59,911 nucleotides of DNA. Source: a virus. Taxonomy: Duplodnaviria > Caudoviricetes. The stretch is taken from positions 1-59,911 of the IMG/VR virus record IMGVR_UViG_3300040971_000369; one strand, written 5' to 3'. A program made the translations under genes and the position numbers. Under the pieces are notes generated by a model. It saw only the letters and a list, made by a program, of their open reading frames with translations, was not told the origin of the DNA and did not search any database. Shown here piece by piece: positions 10,208 through 19,725 of the stretch (positions are counted from its first letter, which is position 1; the number at the start of each line of letters is the position of its first letter).

Positions 10208-10416
10208 GCGCCTTCTTCTCCCTTATTGTTTTCTTTGGAGCCAGTAATATTTGCTCTCAATGGAGTGTTGCATGTGTTTGTAACTATGTAGATTATAGTC
10301 TAACAGTTATCCATGAATTGATGACCATCGCCATCTGGTTGAGCGTCATGAATACTGCTTTGTGAAGCCTAAATTACACTTTGCGAGCTCGAATTTTTCG
10401 ATTGATGTAAGTTGTT

Positions 10417-11085
10417 TTATACTGATTTATTATTTGTGTCCCATTCTTTATATCTATTAACCATATCTATTAATGATAAATTGATTATTTTATAAGTATC
10501 ATTTGCAAATTTTGAATCAATAATTAAATAGTTGAAGTCAATATTTAAACCTACATCTTTCTTTTTCCATGTTTTAATTTTTCTATTAGTATTATCATTT
10601 ATCATGTCGACTCGCCCATTTGCGTGCGCAATTGCATGACGTACAACAGATAACATTCTGATACGTTCCCATGTTTCAGCGTCGCTACATAACTCAAATT
10701 TAAGAATGCTTTTATAGTATTTCTTTGCCCTTTCGAGAAAGTCACCTTTTAGATCGTTGATACCTATTTCTTGTTTTTGATTTTTTTGGAGAAGATTTGC
10801 AATTTCGATCACGCTCGTTTCGTAAACCGCATATAGCGAGATAATAAAAGACCCCCAAAAGAATCGCGGGAGTAGAAACTCAACCTTGTGGTCGCACTCC
10901 TGGCGCGAAAAGTCCCATTCTGGATCTTGAGGGGATAGATGTTCTTTTTGACGGTATTCTGAAAGTTTAACCTGCTCAGTTAGAGTAAGATGCTCAAGTT
11001 GCTTTTCAATTAATTCATAATGGTCTTCAAGGGCAAGAAGCTCCATCGATACATCTAGCAATCGAAAATCAAAGTCGATCTTCAT
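10417..11085 (-). CDS. HEPN-like protein (cassette-borne)
   Basis: SLYAVYE...VRHAIAHANG (R-x4-H). Confidence 0.7.
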   Translation of the reverse strand: MKIDFDFRLLDVSMELLALEDHYELIEKQLEHLTLTEQVKLSEYRQKEHLSPQDPEWDFSRQECDHKVEFLLPRFFWGSFIISLYAVYETSVIEIANLLQKNQKQEIGINDLKGDFLERAKKYYKSILKFELCSDAETWERIRMLSVVRHAIAHANGRVDMINDNTNRKIKTWKKKDVGLNIDFNYLIIDSKFANDTYKIINLSLIDMVNRYKEWDTNNKSV

Positions 11086-11094
11086 TTAGTTTCC

Positions 11095-11160
11095 GTATAA
11101 CGCCACGCATAATCGAACAAAAATCCTGAGCGAAGCGTAGCTTTTGCGGTCAGCAGTTAC
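11095..11160 (-). other. Partial attC site (right half) preceding the 10417-11085 cassette
   Basis: GCTACGCTTCGCTC loop followed by GGCGTTATAC (GTTRRRY-type core). The cassette ends in the near-complementary GTATAAAAC (10414-10422), overlapping its stop codon. Confidence 0.55.
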
Positions 11161-11383
11161 AATAAAAGGCTCTTGTCTTCCTTTAGCCCTTTAATAGCAT
11201 GGCTTAATTTAAAAATCAGCAAAAAAAGTTGTCATACATTCAGACGAAGCAACGGCGCCCAAATCTGCGTAAAGAATGATAAGACGGTGCCCCACGAAAG
11301 CAAAATTGGGTTGAAATCGTGTCATAAAAACAATAATCGGTTTCATAAATTCAATTACTGGCTAGCTAATGGGACACCAAGCA

Positions 11384-11971
11384 ATGAAAATTTGCCCGAA
11401 GTGCCTGTACAAGGCGAATGAGCAGGATCAAAAATTCTCCCCTCTTTCCTGTCCACGATGTGGATGTCTGTATTCTGCGCGTGACATTATCAACGAGGAG
11501 AAAAGAAAGAAAAACGAGAACCTCAAGGCTTGGCGGATAACTCGCTGGCGAGCAAATAATGGACGAGGATTGATTTTTGGAATTCCTGCTTTCATGGTAA
11601 TAATGTACATCATTTACCAGTTCGGACACCTAGTCATAGCTAACAGCCGCCCAATAGCAAATGAAGTCTACCAAATCACCAAAAAAGAGTTGCAAATAGA
11701 AAATACTGCGTCGATCAGTGCCGTCATACATCCAGTCAGCACAAAAAAAGAAAAAGGAGTTCTGACCGTTAGCGCTCGAAAGACGATCACCCTTTGGCTG
11801 ATACATCAGACCACAAACAACAAGATTGGGCCTTTTTTAATCGACAAAAAGCCGGAAAGAATTGCCTTGGATAAGGGGAATTACACTGCCTTGATCATCG
11901 ACAACGGCAAGAAGACAATCAAGAGTCTCAGCTTTTTGGGATCGGAACAAGAACTTAAACTTGAACTTTAA
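11384..11971 (+). CDS. Zinc-ribbon, single-TM hypothetical protein
   Basis: CPKC...CPRC, basic stretch, hydrophobic helix LIFGIPAFMVIMYIIY. Confidence 0.65.
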   Translation: MKICPKCLYKANEQDQKFSPLSCPRCGCLYSARDIINEEKRKKNENLKAWRITRWRANNGRGLIFGIPAFMVIMYIIYQFGHLVIANSRPIANEVYQITKKELQIENTASISAVIHPVSTKKEKGVLTVSARKTITLWLIHQTTNNKIGPFLIDKKPERIALDKGNYTALIIDNGKKTIKSLSFLGSEQELKLEL

Positions 11972-12127
11972 GAGTGAAGAGAGAACGTTGATGGACTGAG
12001 CATCAAATCGCGGAGTTAGGTCGAAATGGCCACAACGAAACCACCAAATTAAAGACCGTAAGATGGTAAAACCAACCTTACGGTCATGATTTCAATGGCG
12101 AAGCCGATGGACTCGTCCGACGGCTGA

Positions 12128-12147
12128 CGTGACAGGACGATGATTGC
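12128..12147 (+). repeat. 20-bp direct repeat, copy 2, in a decayed tRNA-like context ending ...CTTCGCCA and followed by a hairpin
   Basis: Identical to 5122-5141. Confidence 0.6.
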
Positions 12148-12151
12148 GGTT

Positions 12152-13087
12152 TTACCCCGCCATATTTGATTTAGATGTCGAGTTATGTGGGATGAGTATT
12201 TCTGAAACGTGTTTTCCGACCATCATAGATGCATGGTGCGCTGCAACAGCCTCGATCAATGACACAGATTCATCACCATACCGAACAGCAGCGCGCGTCT
12301 GCAATTGATCGGTGATCGCATTTTCGAGCGGCTTCATTCCTCCCGTTCTTGCAAGATCGGCAAGACCGCGAATGTCATGGTTTTTCGGGAAAGGAATGCC
12401 TTTCTCCTTGAGGAATGATTTGAGGAGCTTTTCAGCTGCTTGGGCAGAAGACCATTTCGACTGCCCATAATGAGGTGGCACGGAGAAGATATGCCTCACT
12501 GACGATTGAATGTCCGATAGCGCTTCGGGCACATATTTATTACCCTTAATGCCCTCAATTGCGTGCATACAATTAAGCGCATACATGAACAATTCTATAA
12601 TATTACAACATTCTTTATCGGAGAGTTGGGCTGCAAGACCAGACGGAAAACCATTGATCAGGGTAAGCACGTTTGTAATTGGCGGGTGTCCGTCGCTCCG
12701 CAATTCTGGTTCATTGGCGTAACGACTCAAGTCTCGCTCTATGACACATCGAACACTTCCGAATATGCGGGGCAAGCGAATTTCCCAGGGATCGCCTCTC
12801 AAAAGGATGACCGCCGACCCAGGACCCATGGATATCTTTTGACGATCACCGTATCGATCATCAAACCACTTACGGATATGGGCAGAAGCATCGCTGCCGG
12901 TATACACCCCCGCCCTTCCATTGTCGGGGCGTGAGGACAATGGAATTGTCAAATGGAATAGCTTTGAATACTGGGCAGCAGCATGCAAGGACCGCGCGTG
13001 GATCTGCACATTCGCTGCTCGAAGTTGAGCATCGATGCTTTCCATTACACGATTAAACTCTTCTTGCGTCGATGAAATTTGGATCAT
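12152..13087 (-). CDS. Protein with a C-terminal HEPN domain
   Basis: AQAAEKLLKSFL...FPKNHDIRGL...RAAVRYG, the classic HEPN helix pattern. Confidence 0.8.
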   Translation of the reverse strand: MIQISSTQEEFNRVMESIDAQLRAANVQIHARSLHAAAQYSKLFHLTIPLSSRPDNGRAGVYTGSDASAHIRKWFDDRYGDRQKISMGPGSAVILLRGDPWEIRLPRIFGSVRCVIERDLSRYANEPELRSDGHPPITNVLTLINGFPSGLAAQLSDKECCNIIELFMYALNCMHAIEGIKGNKYVPEALSDIQSSVRHIFSVPPHYGQSKWSSAQAAEKLLKSFLKEKGIPFPKNHDIRGLADLARTGGMKPLENAITDQLQTRAAVRYGDESVSLIEAVAAHHASMMVGKHVSEILIPHNSTSKSNMAG

Positions 13088-13162
13088 GGTTGAGGTAGGG
13101 TCTAACAAGTAATTATAAAGTTTTATGGCATGACGACCTCTTTATCCATTTTAATTAATATT

Positions 13163-13429
13163 TCAATCCTCTAGGCGGCTTTCGAATGTTTGCCCTTCTC
13201 TTGCCATAGTCCAACATTTTTCTCCGCGCGACCATATAACCTTCCCTACAGTTAACTTTCGAAATTCTGCCAATACTTTATTGTGTATACCGTAATTACC
13301 ACTGTCGTTTATCTTGATGTAATCATCCCCAAACTCTTTTTTCATTTTCCAGACGACTTCTTCCTGATAAAGATACCGACCTTTAAATTGGGTGAGCATC
13401 CATTCTGCTGCTTTTTTATAGTCTGTCAT
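13163..13429 (-). CDS. Small cassette protein (DUF6953-like)
   Basis: AAEWM...LYQEEVV...FG..YI..N..GN..I...VL.EFRKLT...VIWSR..KCW pattern; family recalled, not searched. Confidence 0.6.
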   Translation of the reverse strand: MTDYKKAAEWMLTQFKGRYLYQEEVVWKMKKEFGDDYIKINDSGNYGIHNKVLAEFRKLTVGKVIWSRGEKCWTMAREGQTFESRLED

Positions 13430-13451
13430 TTTAATTCCCTTAGTAATTTAT

Positions 13452-13517
13452 GCATAATGTGGAGTTAAGGCGCCTGCGTGGCTTTTCGCACAGAACGCCT
13501 CGAATACAGGGTTAGGG
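13452..13517 (-). other. attC site (integron cassette recombination site), slightly degenerate
   Basis: CCCTAACCCTGTATTCGAGGCGTTCTGTGCGAAAAGCCACGCAGGCGCCTTAACTCCACATTATGC. R'' overlaps the TAA of the upstream gene; central inverted repeat; R' is mutated to ATTATGC. Confidence 0.75.
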
Positions 13518-14024
13518 CAGCGGTCGAGAAGGGCCACAAATTGGAATTGCACGCTCACCGTTTAGAACCTCAAGCAACAATGTCCGCAACTCGTTTTGTT
13601 GCGCCTGATTGAATACGTATCCACTCGGATAGTAAGACGGTTGCTTAACTAAGGACTTTGAGAATGGGATTTTAAGGTCCATTGCCATTAGATGAATTAG
13701 GTCGGCGAGCAGGTTGCTCGCCGTGCTCTCCCACCGAGCATGACTATCTTCGGTTTGGCCTTGGTCTGAATTCAGATGGGCGAAATATAGACGCCATGCG
13801 TCTGCGATCTTTGGGTAGTCCTTTTCAAGAAAGGCAAAATCAATTTGATTCAATGCCTGAACATGATCTGGATGAAGCGGTACAGAGCGAGTTGACCAGA
13901 GAGAGCGGAATACCCATTCCTTTCGGTCGTGAACCATTCGGCGCTGTTGTCGCCACTCAGAGGCCCAGACTGCGAGGACTGGCCCTGCGAGTGTTGCGAA
14001 AACTACTGCCCAATCAATTTGCAT
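13512..14024 (-). CDS. Cassette protein with N-terminal TM (DUF6680-like)
   Basis: GPVLAV...VFRSLWSTR...HVQALNQID...W..YFAHLN; AAGGAG SD; stop lies in attC R''. Confidence 0.65.
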   Translation of the reverse strand: MQIDWAVVFATLAGPVLAVWASEWRQQRRMVHDRKEWVFRSLWSTRSVPLHPDHVQALNQIDFAFLEKDYPKIADAWRLYFAHLNSDQGQTEDSHARWESTASNLLADLIHLMAMDLKIPFSKSLVKQPSYYPSGYVFNQAQQNELRTLLLEVLNGERAIPICGPSRPLP

Positions 14025-14046
14025 GCGGCAACTCCTTGCTAGAAAG

Positions 14047-14127
14047 TCCTAACAAGTTTTAATATTTTATCCCACTTACAGATAAGTGGCCTAACGAAGA
14101 CAGGTCCGCTTGAGCGAGATGTTAGGC
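14047..14127 (-). other. attC site, degenerate on its right arm
   Basis: GCCTAACATCTCGCTCAAGCGGACCTGTCTTCGTTAGGCCACTTA...GTTAGGA. R'' GCCTAAC is the exact complement of the GTTAGGC core that opens this cassette (14569-14575). Confidence 0.75.
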
Positions 14128-14153
14128 TGCGGCGACTGTATTGCTCTTGTAGC

Positions 14154-14525
14154 CTATGAAGTAAGAATGGACTCGATAATCTTCTTTCCGACGGAGATCA
14201 CGAGATCAAACGTCATATCAAGTCCTTTGGACTTGAACGTCTCCTTTGTCTTGCTCCAAACGGATTCACTTCGGATGGTGTCGAGCAATTCATGCCCGGC
14301 ATTCGTCATGTTCGTAACGATGGCTGCGTGAATCGCACCATTACCTGACTTCGACTCTAGGAACTTTGCGTTGACGTAGCCAGCCTGATCGAGAAGCCGC
14401 ATGTTGTACGCGACTTCTTGTTCCGAGAACTCGGACAACTTGCCCGGTGTCAGATTGGTATTGGCGGTCGGTGCCTCCTCAAGCTTCAAGAGGACGGCGC
14501 GAATGATTTCCCAGTCACGCTTCAT
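14154..14525 (-). CDS. DUF2513-family winged-helix protein (gene cassette)
   Basis: MKRDWEIIRAVLL...MTNAGHELLDTIRSESVWSKTK. Confidence 0.8.
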   Translation of the reverse strand: MKRDWEIIRAVLLKLEEAPTANTNLTPGKLSEFSEQEVAYNMRLLDQAGYVNAKFLESKSGNGAIHAAIVTNMTNAGHELLDTIRSESVWSKTKETFKSKGLDMTFDLVISVGKKIIESILTS

Positions 14526-14568
14526 GTGTTGACTCCCAGCTTTGGATAGATCGAATACGAATTGTACG

Positions 14569-14631
14569 GCCTAACGCCCAAGGGTTGGAAACGCGTAGCG
14601 TAGTCATTCCCGTTGCTTGTAATTATTAGGT
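14569..14631 (-). other. attC site following a truncated cassette ORF remnant
   Basis: ACCTAAT...GACTACGCTACGCG...GGCGTTAGGC; an ORF remnant (...GIKQNPINADE*) stops at its start. Confidence 0.6.
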
Positions 14632-15096
14632 TACTCATCCGCGTTAATTGGATTTTGCTTAATTCCAAAGTAGGCAATTACGACGAAGTCAGCAATAATA
14701 TGACAAAAAGGCGAGGGCCAGATATCGATCTTGAATTTAGGTCTTCCACCTTTTTAATACCAGTACCCTAGCCAACAAAATCATGTTTACTGATACATGA
14801 ATGATTACGGTTCTGGCAAGAATTTCTCCTGTCATACGTTCACATTAAGCCATAAACAACAAAGGCCACTCGATATCAGACGGCCTTGTTTATGGCTCCG
14901 TGAAGGAGCGCAGACTTCAGAAGAATAAACCTCACAGCGGAGGCCACAACTGAAAAGAGATTTCAGCCTTTCGACCGAAATCCCTTATCTTGTTTGGCGG
15001 TGCCGTTGGGGATCCGAACCATTCCGCGAATGTCGCCTCGATGTTCTCCATGTTCATGCTGACACCGTATAGGCCGCCCTAGGCAAAAGTGAGGGA

Positions 15097-15261
15097 CTAC
15101 ATCGGCAACCACCCCGCCGCGGCCATGGACAGGCAGACTGGTAAGAGCACGGCTGCAAACAGGATCATGCGCTTGCGCGACTTGCGTGCGCATTCCTTGC
15201 AATGACGTTGAACGTCGTTCATCAAATTCAATCCACATTTCGGACATGCAAGTATTGTCAT
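15097..15261 (-). CDS. 54-aa zinc-ribbon + TM microprotein (not in the ORF track)
   Basis: MTILACPKCGLNLMNDVQRHCKECARKSRKRMILFAAVLLPVCLSMAAAGWLPM; AAGGGGG SD. Confidence 0.55.
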   Translation of the reverse strand: MTILACPKCGLNLMNDVQRHCKECARKSRKRMILFAAVLLPVCLSMAAAGWLPM

Positions 15262-15679
15262 ACAGCCCCCTTTTTTTGGGGATCTTTAGCAAATCTGGAC
15301 GATCCTTAGAATGGGTAGTCATTTAAGCACAAGAAACGCCAGGAATACGTTGTGATACGCATACGGGGTGTTCTTGTCGTTTGATACGCGAAACAGGCCA
15401 CCGCCAAAAAATCCATCATTCTACTCCATGCCCACGACAAAGATCGCGCTTCTCAGTTAGCCAAAAAATTTTCAGGATCTTCAAAATTTCTTGTGTCTTA
15501 CAGCAGCTATACGCTATGGCACGTAAAATTTGTTGCGGGCGAGCAGCGCCCACATCGCTTTTGGAGACCATAAGCTCAGTCATTGAAAGGTGGTTCCAAG
15601 CATATTAAAAACTGCAGTTAAGTTGTTGCCTTAATCACAAAAATCGGAATGATAAATTGTATTGTGATTCACTTAATCT

Positions 15680-16756
15680 ATGGAAATACAACACCGCTAC
15701 GCCATCGACCACGAAGAACAACTCATAGATGTTCATAATTTAGATCGCGCATCTGTCCCAGCAGGTACGATATTCAAATGCGTTGGGTGCGGCGGAGATC
15801 AAGTTGCATGCCTTGGTGCTGTTAGACAAAAGCATTTCAAACATAAAATCAATACTCTCAGTTGTTCTGAAGAAACATACTTGCATCAACTTGCAAAACG
15901 AGTTTTTTATTCTGAGTATACAAAATGTCTTGAAACAAAAAAACCATTTCATTTAGTTCGTTTAGAAAAAAGCATTTGTGATCATTATGAGCAGCAATAT
16001 GGTTTTACTTGTTCTAATAAAGATCTTGTTTATCATGATTTAACGAAATATTTTAATAATATATTTCTTGAAAAATATCATAGTGGCTTTGTTGCTGATG
16101 TCCTTTTACAATCGGATAAATACGGAATTCTTTTTGTTGAATTTGCCGTTACCCATAAATGCGAGAAAGAAAAAAGGAACAGTGGAATACGTATTCTTGA
16201 ATACTCCTTAACTGAAGAAAGGGACATAGAACCAATTAAGTCTCACTTAATTCGCGCTAATGATTTTAATATCAACTTGTATAATTTTAAATCACAAATA
16301 GTTAGAAAATCAATATGTAATGGAAAATGTCATGCAGCAATAATAAATGTTTTTATTGTTTCAAAAAATAAAAAAGCTATACTGAACGAAATGGAACCCA
16401 GTCCAGACTTAAAGAGTCAAATACGAGGAAACCCGGCTTATGTTGAAATTTTAGGTTTAAAAAAAGGGGAAAAAAAAGACCAGACATTGCTTTTTATGCA
16501 GAAAGTGCGTGAAGCACACTTCAAAAATATTCCTATCAGAAACTGTTATATCTGTAAGTACCATGGGATCGATGGCGTAGATAACGCTGTATTTTGTAAG
16601 ATTAAAAAAACCAGTACTCCATCAAACTATGCTGTCGACTGTAGCAAATATTGTCCGATGAACAGTTTAGAGGAGTGCTTGGCTTTAGATGTTAAGAATG
16701 AAGAATCTGCAAAAAAATTTAAATATCACACTATGATTCGTCGGCGGTATTCGTGA
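15680..16756 (+). CDS. CoiA-like Zn-finger + PD-(D/E)XK nuclease
   Basis: CVGC...HFKH...EETYLHQLAK N-terminus; ADVLL...VEFAVTH catalytic-like motif. Confidence 0.7.
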   Translation: MEIQHRYAIDHEEQLIDVHNLDRASVPAGTIFKCVGCGGDQVACLGAVRQKHFKHKINTLSCSEETYLHQLAKRVFYSEYTKCLETKKPFHLVRLEKSICDHYEQQYGFTCSNKDLVYHDLTKYFNNIFLEKYHSGFVADVLLQSDKYGILFVEFAVTHKCEKEKRNSGIRILEYSLTEERDIEPIKSHLIRANDFNINLYNFKSQIVRKSICNGKCHAAIINVFIVSKNKKAILNEMEPSPDLKSQIRGNPAYVEILGLKKGEKKDQTLLFMQKVREAHFKNIPIRNCYICKYHGIDGVDNAVFCKIKKTSTPSNYAVDCSKYCPMNSLEECLALDVKNEESAKKFKYHTMIRRRYS

Positions 16757-16928
16757 CAACATAATCATGACTCCTCTGAGCGACGCATCGTGGCCCTAAA
16801 TTGCGCAAAAAAATACTTCATCAATAACTACATGTGAGCCATCTATCTAGTATATTCAAAGCAGTTTAATGATATATGTCTTATCGATCTGCAAATTTTT
16901 GCTAAAAATTACACCACGCGGAGGCAGC

Positions 16929-17423
16929 ATGTTTAGAACAACTTGTTCTATTTTTTTATTTCTCATTTTAGGGGTATTTAGTGCAGGATGCTCAACAAAA
17001 GTTGTTTACAACACGCAGATGCCAGAAAATTATGTAAAGAATTCTAAAATCGAAAAATACGATATTCAATACAACGACGGTGTTTTGGCCTCTAGAAAAT
17101 TAATTAGTCAAATTAATTTTCAATTAAAAGAAAAAATTGAGAAAATGAATGTAGATAATTACAGTCAAAAAATCAGCATTACAGTTCATGTGTCAGAGGT
17201 TAAAATCGCCAGAGTAGGATCAACTCTTATGCTTGGAGCATTTGTTGGCAACAACGAGCTAAATGGGTTCATAGTTGTTCATGATTATGAAACCAATAAG
17301 ATTATAAGTAGCTACGCAATCGAAGTGGACAAAAACTATGGCGGATATTCCGCATTTTTTGATCTTGAGGAAAAGATGGCGGAAGAGTTTGCTGATCAGA
17401 TTCTAAAACAAATCAATTCTTAG
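16929..17423 (+). CDS. Putative lipoprotein (DUF4410-like)
   Basis: GGAGG SD; signal peptide with lipobox FSAGC. Confidence 0.65.
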   Translation: MFRTTCSIFLFLILGVFSAGCSTKVVYNTQMPENYVKNSKIEKYDIQYNDGVLASRKLISQINFQLKEKIEKMNVDNYSQKISITVHVSEVKIARVGSTLMLGAFVGNNELNGFIVVHDYETNKIISSYAIEVDKNYGGYSAFFDLEEKMAEEFADQILKQINS

Positions 17424-17675
17424 GATCAGAAATTAGTTAGCCAGTATATATCAGCCTTCGATCTCAAGTGCGTACTGCGCGTAGTCTTAAAATGTCGCTT
17501 TGTTGTCGCTAACAACGACCGTGGCATCCTCGCGCGTACGCGCGTAAGCGTATTGGTTTGTTAGAAAGACGGAAGCTATGTATTCACCCGAAAAGATGAC
17601 TCATTATTGAGGCGCACACGTCACTAATCAAGATTATATATTCTGTCTAAAATTTTCAAATGCTATGAGCTTATC

Positions 17676-18314
17676 GTGACTAACATTGTGGATCTTTTAC
17701 GGCGGTCGCATGAGATGTCTGCCGAATTGGAAATCTTTCTTAATCTTCCAGTTTATAACGACTCTGCGCGAATCATATCGAGCCGCGTACTTTGTGGTGT
17801 TTCATTCGAACATTCTGAAAGTGTACGCCTACTCATCGGCACGGGTAATTTTACTTCTTCACTTGGTGTACTCCGAATGCAATATGAATCTTTTGCTAAA
17901 GCAGTTTGGGCTCTTTATGCAGCATCAGACAACATGATTAGTAAACTAGAATGTGAATTGACTTATGAAACTGAAAAGTGGGCGGACAAGGTTCCTCTGT
18001 TGAACGGAATACTCAAGGAACTTGAAGATAAAGCGCCACCTCAAGTAACTGACCAATTACTTGAGTTTAAAGAATACTCATGGAAGCCCCTCAGTTCATA
18101 TATTCATGGAGGCATACACGCCATTAATCGGCATGCCAAAGGCTATCCAACGGAACTCCTCGCTCAGGCGGCTAGATCTTCAAACGGACTACTCGTAATG
18201 ACTGGCATGATGCTTGTTGTTCTGTCTGGTGATAGTCGGCAGCAGGGAAAAATACCGGATATTCAACGTAGATTCGCTGACTGTTGTCCAAAACTGAATC
18301 CAGATAAAACTTAA
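17676..18314 (+). CDS. Hypothetical helical protein (DUF6988-like), possibly cassette-derived
   Basis: FEHSESVRLL...LRMQYE...RAVW-like helix...SSYIHGG; preceded by GCTAAC...GTTAGAA (17508-17566). Confidence 0.6.
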   Translation: MTNIVDLLRRSHEMSAELEIFLNLPVYNDSARIISSRVLCGVSFEHSESVRLLIGTGNFTSSLGVLRMQYESFAKAVWALYAASDNMISKLECELTYETEKWADKVPLLNGILKELEDKAPPQVTDQLLEFKEYSWKPLSSYIHGGIHAINRHAKGYPTELLAQAARSSNGLLVMTGMMLVVLSGDSRQQGKIPDIQRRFADCCPKLNPDKT

Positions 18315-18350
18315 CTCAAATAATACAGCAAACACAGTGGTGAACATTTC

Positions 18351-19577
18351 ATGGAATTAAAATTCAATGAATTATTGACGAAATCTGGATACAACATCTC
18401 TAATGTTCGCTTAGTTCGCCATAAAGACAATAGTGCATTTGAAGGCAGAACACCTTTTGAGCTATGGATGAATGATCGCCCAAAATTTGATTTATATCAG
18501 TCAGTTCAGCGAATTGAAAATCGAACGAAACTCAAAGCCAAATACTGGGCATCATTTTTGGGAACTCCGAATGGGCAAACCGTTTTTATAGGAATGTATC
18601 ATGTAAACTATAAAGGGCTTTTGAAGAACGATACCCCTAAACCACAAAATGACGGCATTGATCTGGCGGGAAGCTGTGATGAATATGAACTGACACTTCA
18701 AGACAATCTGAAAGAGTATATCGGAAAACTAATAATTGATTGGGGGCCTGGCGCAAAAGCTTGGATTCAAAGAGCTGACAAGCTGGACAAGGACGTGGTT
18801 GAAATACTGTCTGACGTTGTTGATATAGACGAACCTTTAATCAAAAATATTATTCGTAATCCAAAGTGGTCACGTGACGAGTTGATCTTGGCGCTTGATC
18901 TATATTTCAAAGTAAACCCATCGCATATATCAAAAAATCATCCGGCAATTATAGAACTCAGCGAAATCCTGAATTCGCTACCCATTCATCCCCATGCTGG
19001 TCATGGCGATAAGTTTCGCAATCCGAATGGGGTTTATATGAAATTGTGTAATTTTCTCAGATTTGATCCGGAATACAAAGGAAGTGGGCTTACAAGAGGT
19101 GGAAAGCTAGAGGAAATAATATGGAATGATTTTGCGAATGATATACATGGACTACAAAAGACTGCCAATTCAATCAAATTGGCTATTAATGCTGTGCCCC
19201 CGCCGAGCGACGATGAAGAAGCGGCGATTGATGAAGATGAAGAATTTATAGAAGGGCGTTTACTGACTCAGCTCCACAAACGGCGTGAACGAAACCCCCG
19301 CTTGGTGAAAAAGAAAAAAGCGAAGGTTCTTAAAGAAAAAGGGAACCTTGCTTGTGAGGTCTGTGGCTTTGATTTTCACATTTCCTATGGCGAACTTGGA
19401 CGAGGATTTGCAGAATGTCACCACAATTTATTACCGATATCCGGCTTAACACAAGCAACAGCAACAAAGCTTTCTGATCTGGCCATTGTTTGTGCGAATT
19501 GCCATAGAATGCTCCATCGTGTCAGACCTTGGAAAAGTGTTGAGCAGTTGAAAGATGTTTACATGTTCATTGGTTAA
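18351..19577 (+). CDS. HNH endonuclease (McrA-like, candidate type IV restriction) with an extra N-terminal domain
   Basis: RNPKWSRDELILALDLY domain; CEVCGFDF...ECHH...CANCHRMLH. Confidence 0.85.
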   Translation: MELKFNELLTKSGYNISNVRLVRHKDNSAFEGRTPFELWMNDRPKFDLYQSVQRIENRTKLKAKYWASFLGTPNGQTVFIGMYHVNYKGLLKNDTPKPQNDGIDLAGSCDEYELTLQDNLKEYIGKLIIDWGPGAKAWIQRADKLDKDVVEILSDVVDIDEPLIKNIIRNPKWSRDELILALDLYFKVNPSHISKNHPAIIELSEILNSLPIHPHAGHGDKFRNPNGVYMKLCNFLRFDPEYKGSGLTRGGKLEEIIWNDFANDIHGLQKTANSIKLAINAVPPPSDDEEAAIDEDEEFIEGRLLTQLHKRRERNPRLVKKKKAKVLKEKGNLACEVCGFDFHISYGELGRGFAECHHNLLPISGLTQATATKLSDLAIVCANCHRMLHRVRPWKSVEQLKDVYMFIG

Positions 19578-19725
19578 GGATGATAAATACATGCCTTGCG
19601 TTGACGTTTTTTGTCCTAAATCGCAATATAACGATATGATTAAAGACAACCAGGCCAATCAGAATCGGATGGCCTAGTTGTTTTGCAATATCTCGTAATC
19701 TAGAGTTTCGGAGATATTCTTGATA

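Noticed and set aside
14860-14905. Additional tRNA 3'-end/att relic (hairpin + ATGGCTCCG)
   Set aside because: Only ~8 nt of tRNA-like sequence; too short to support.
14963-15322. 119-aa ORF from the track
   Set aside because: No motifs; the overlapping 54-aa frame (15097-15261) has the SD and protein-like features.
15517-15536. Sigma-54 promoter TGGCAC...TTGC
   Set aside because: The GG-to-GC spacing is wrong.
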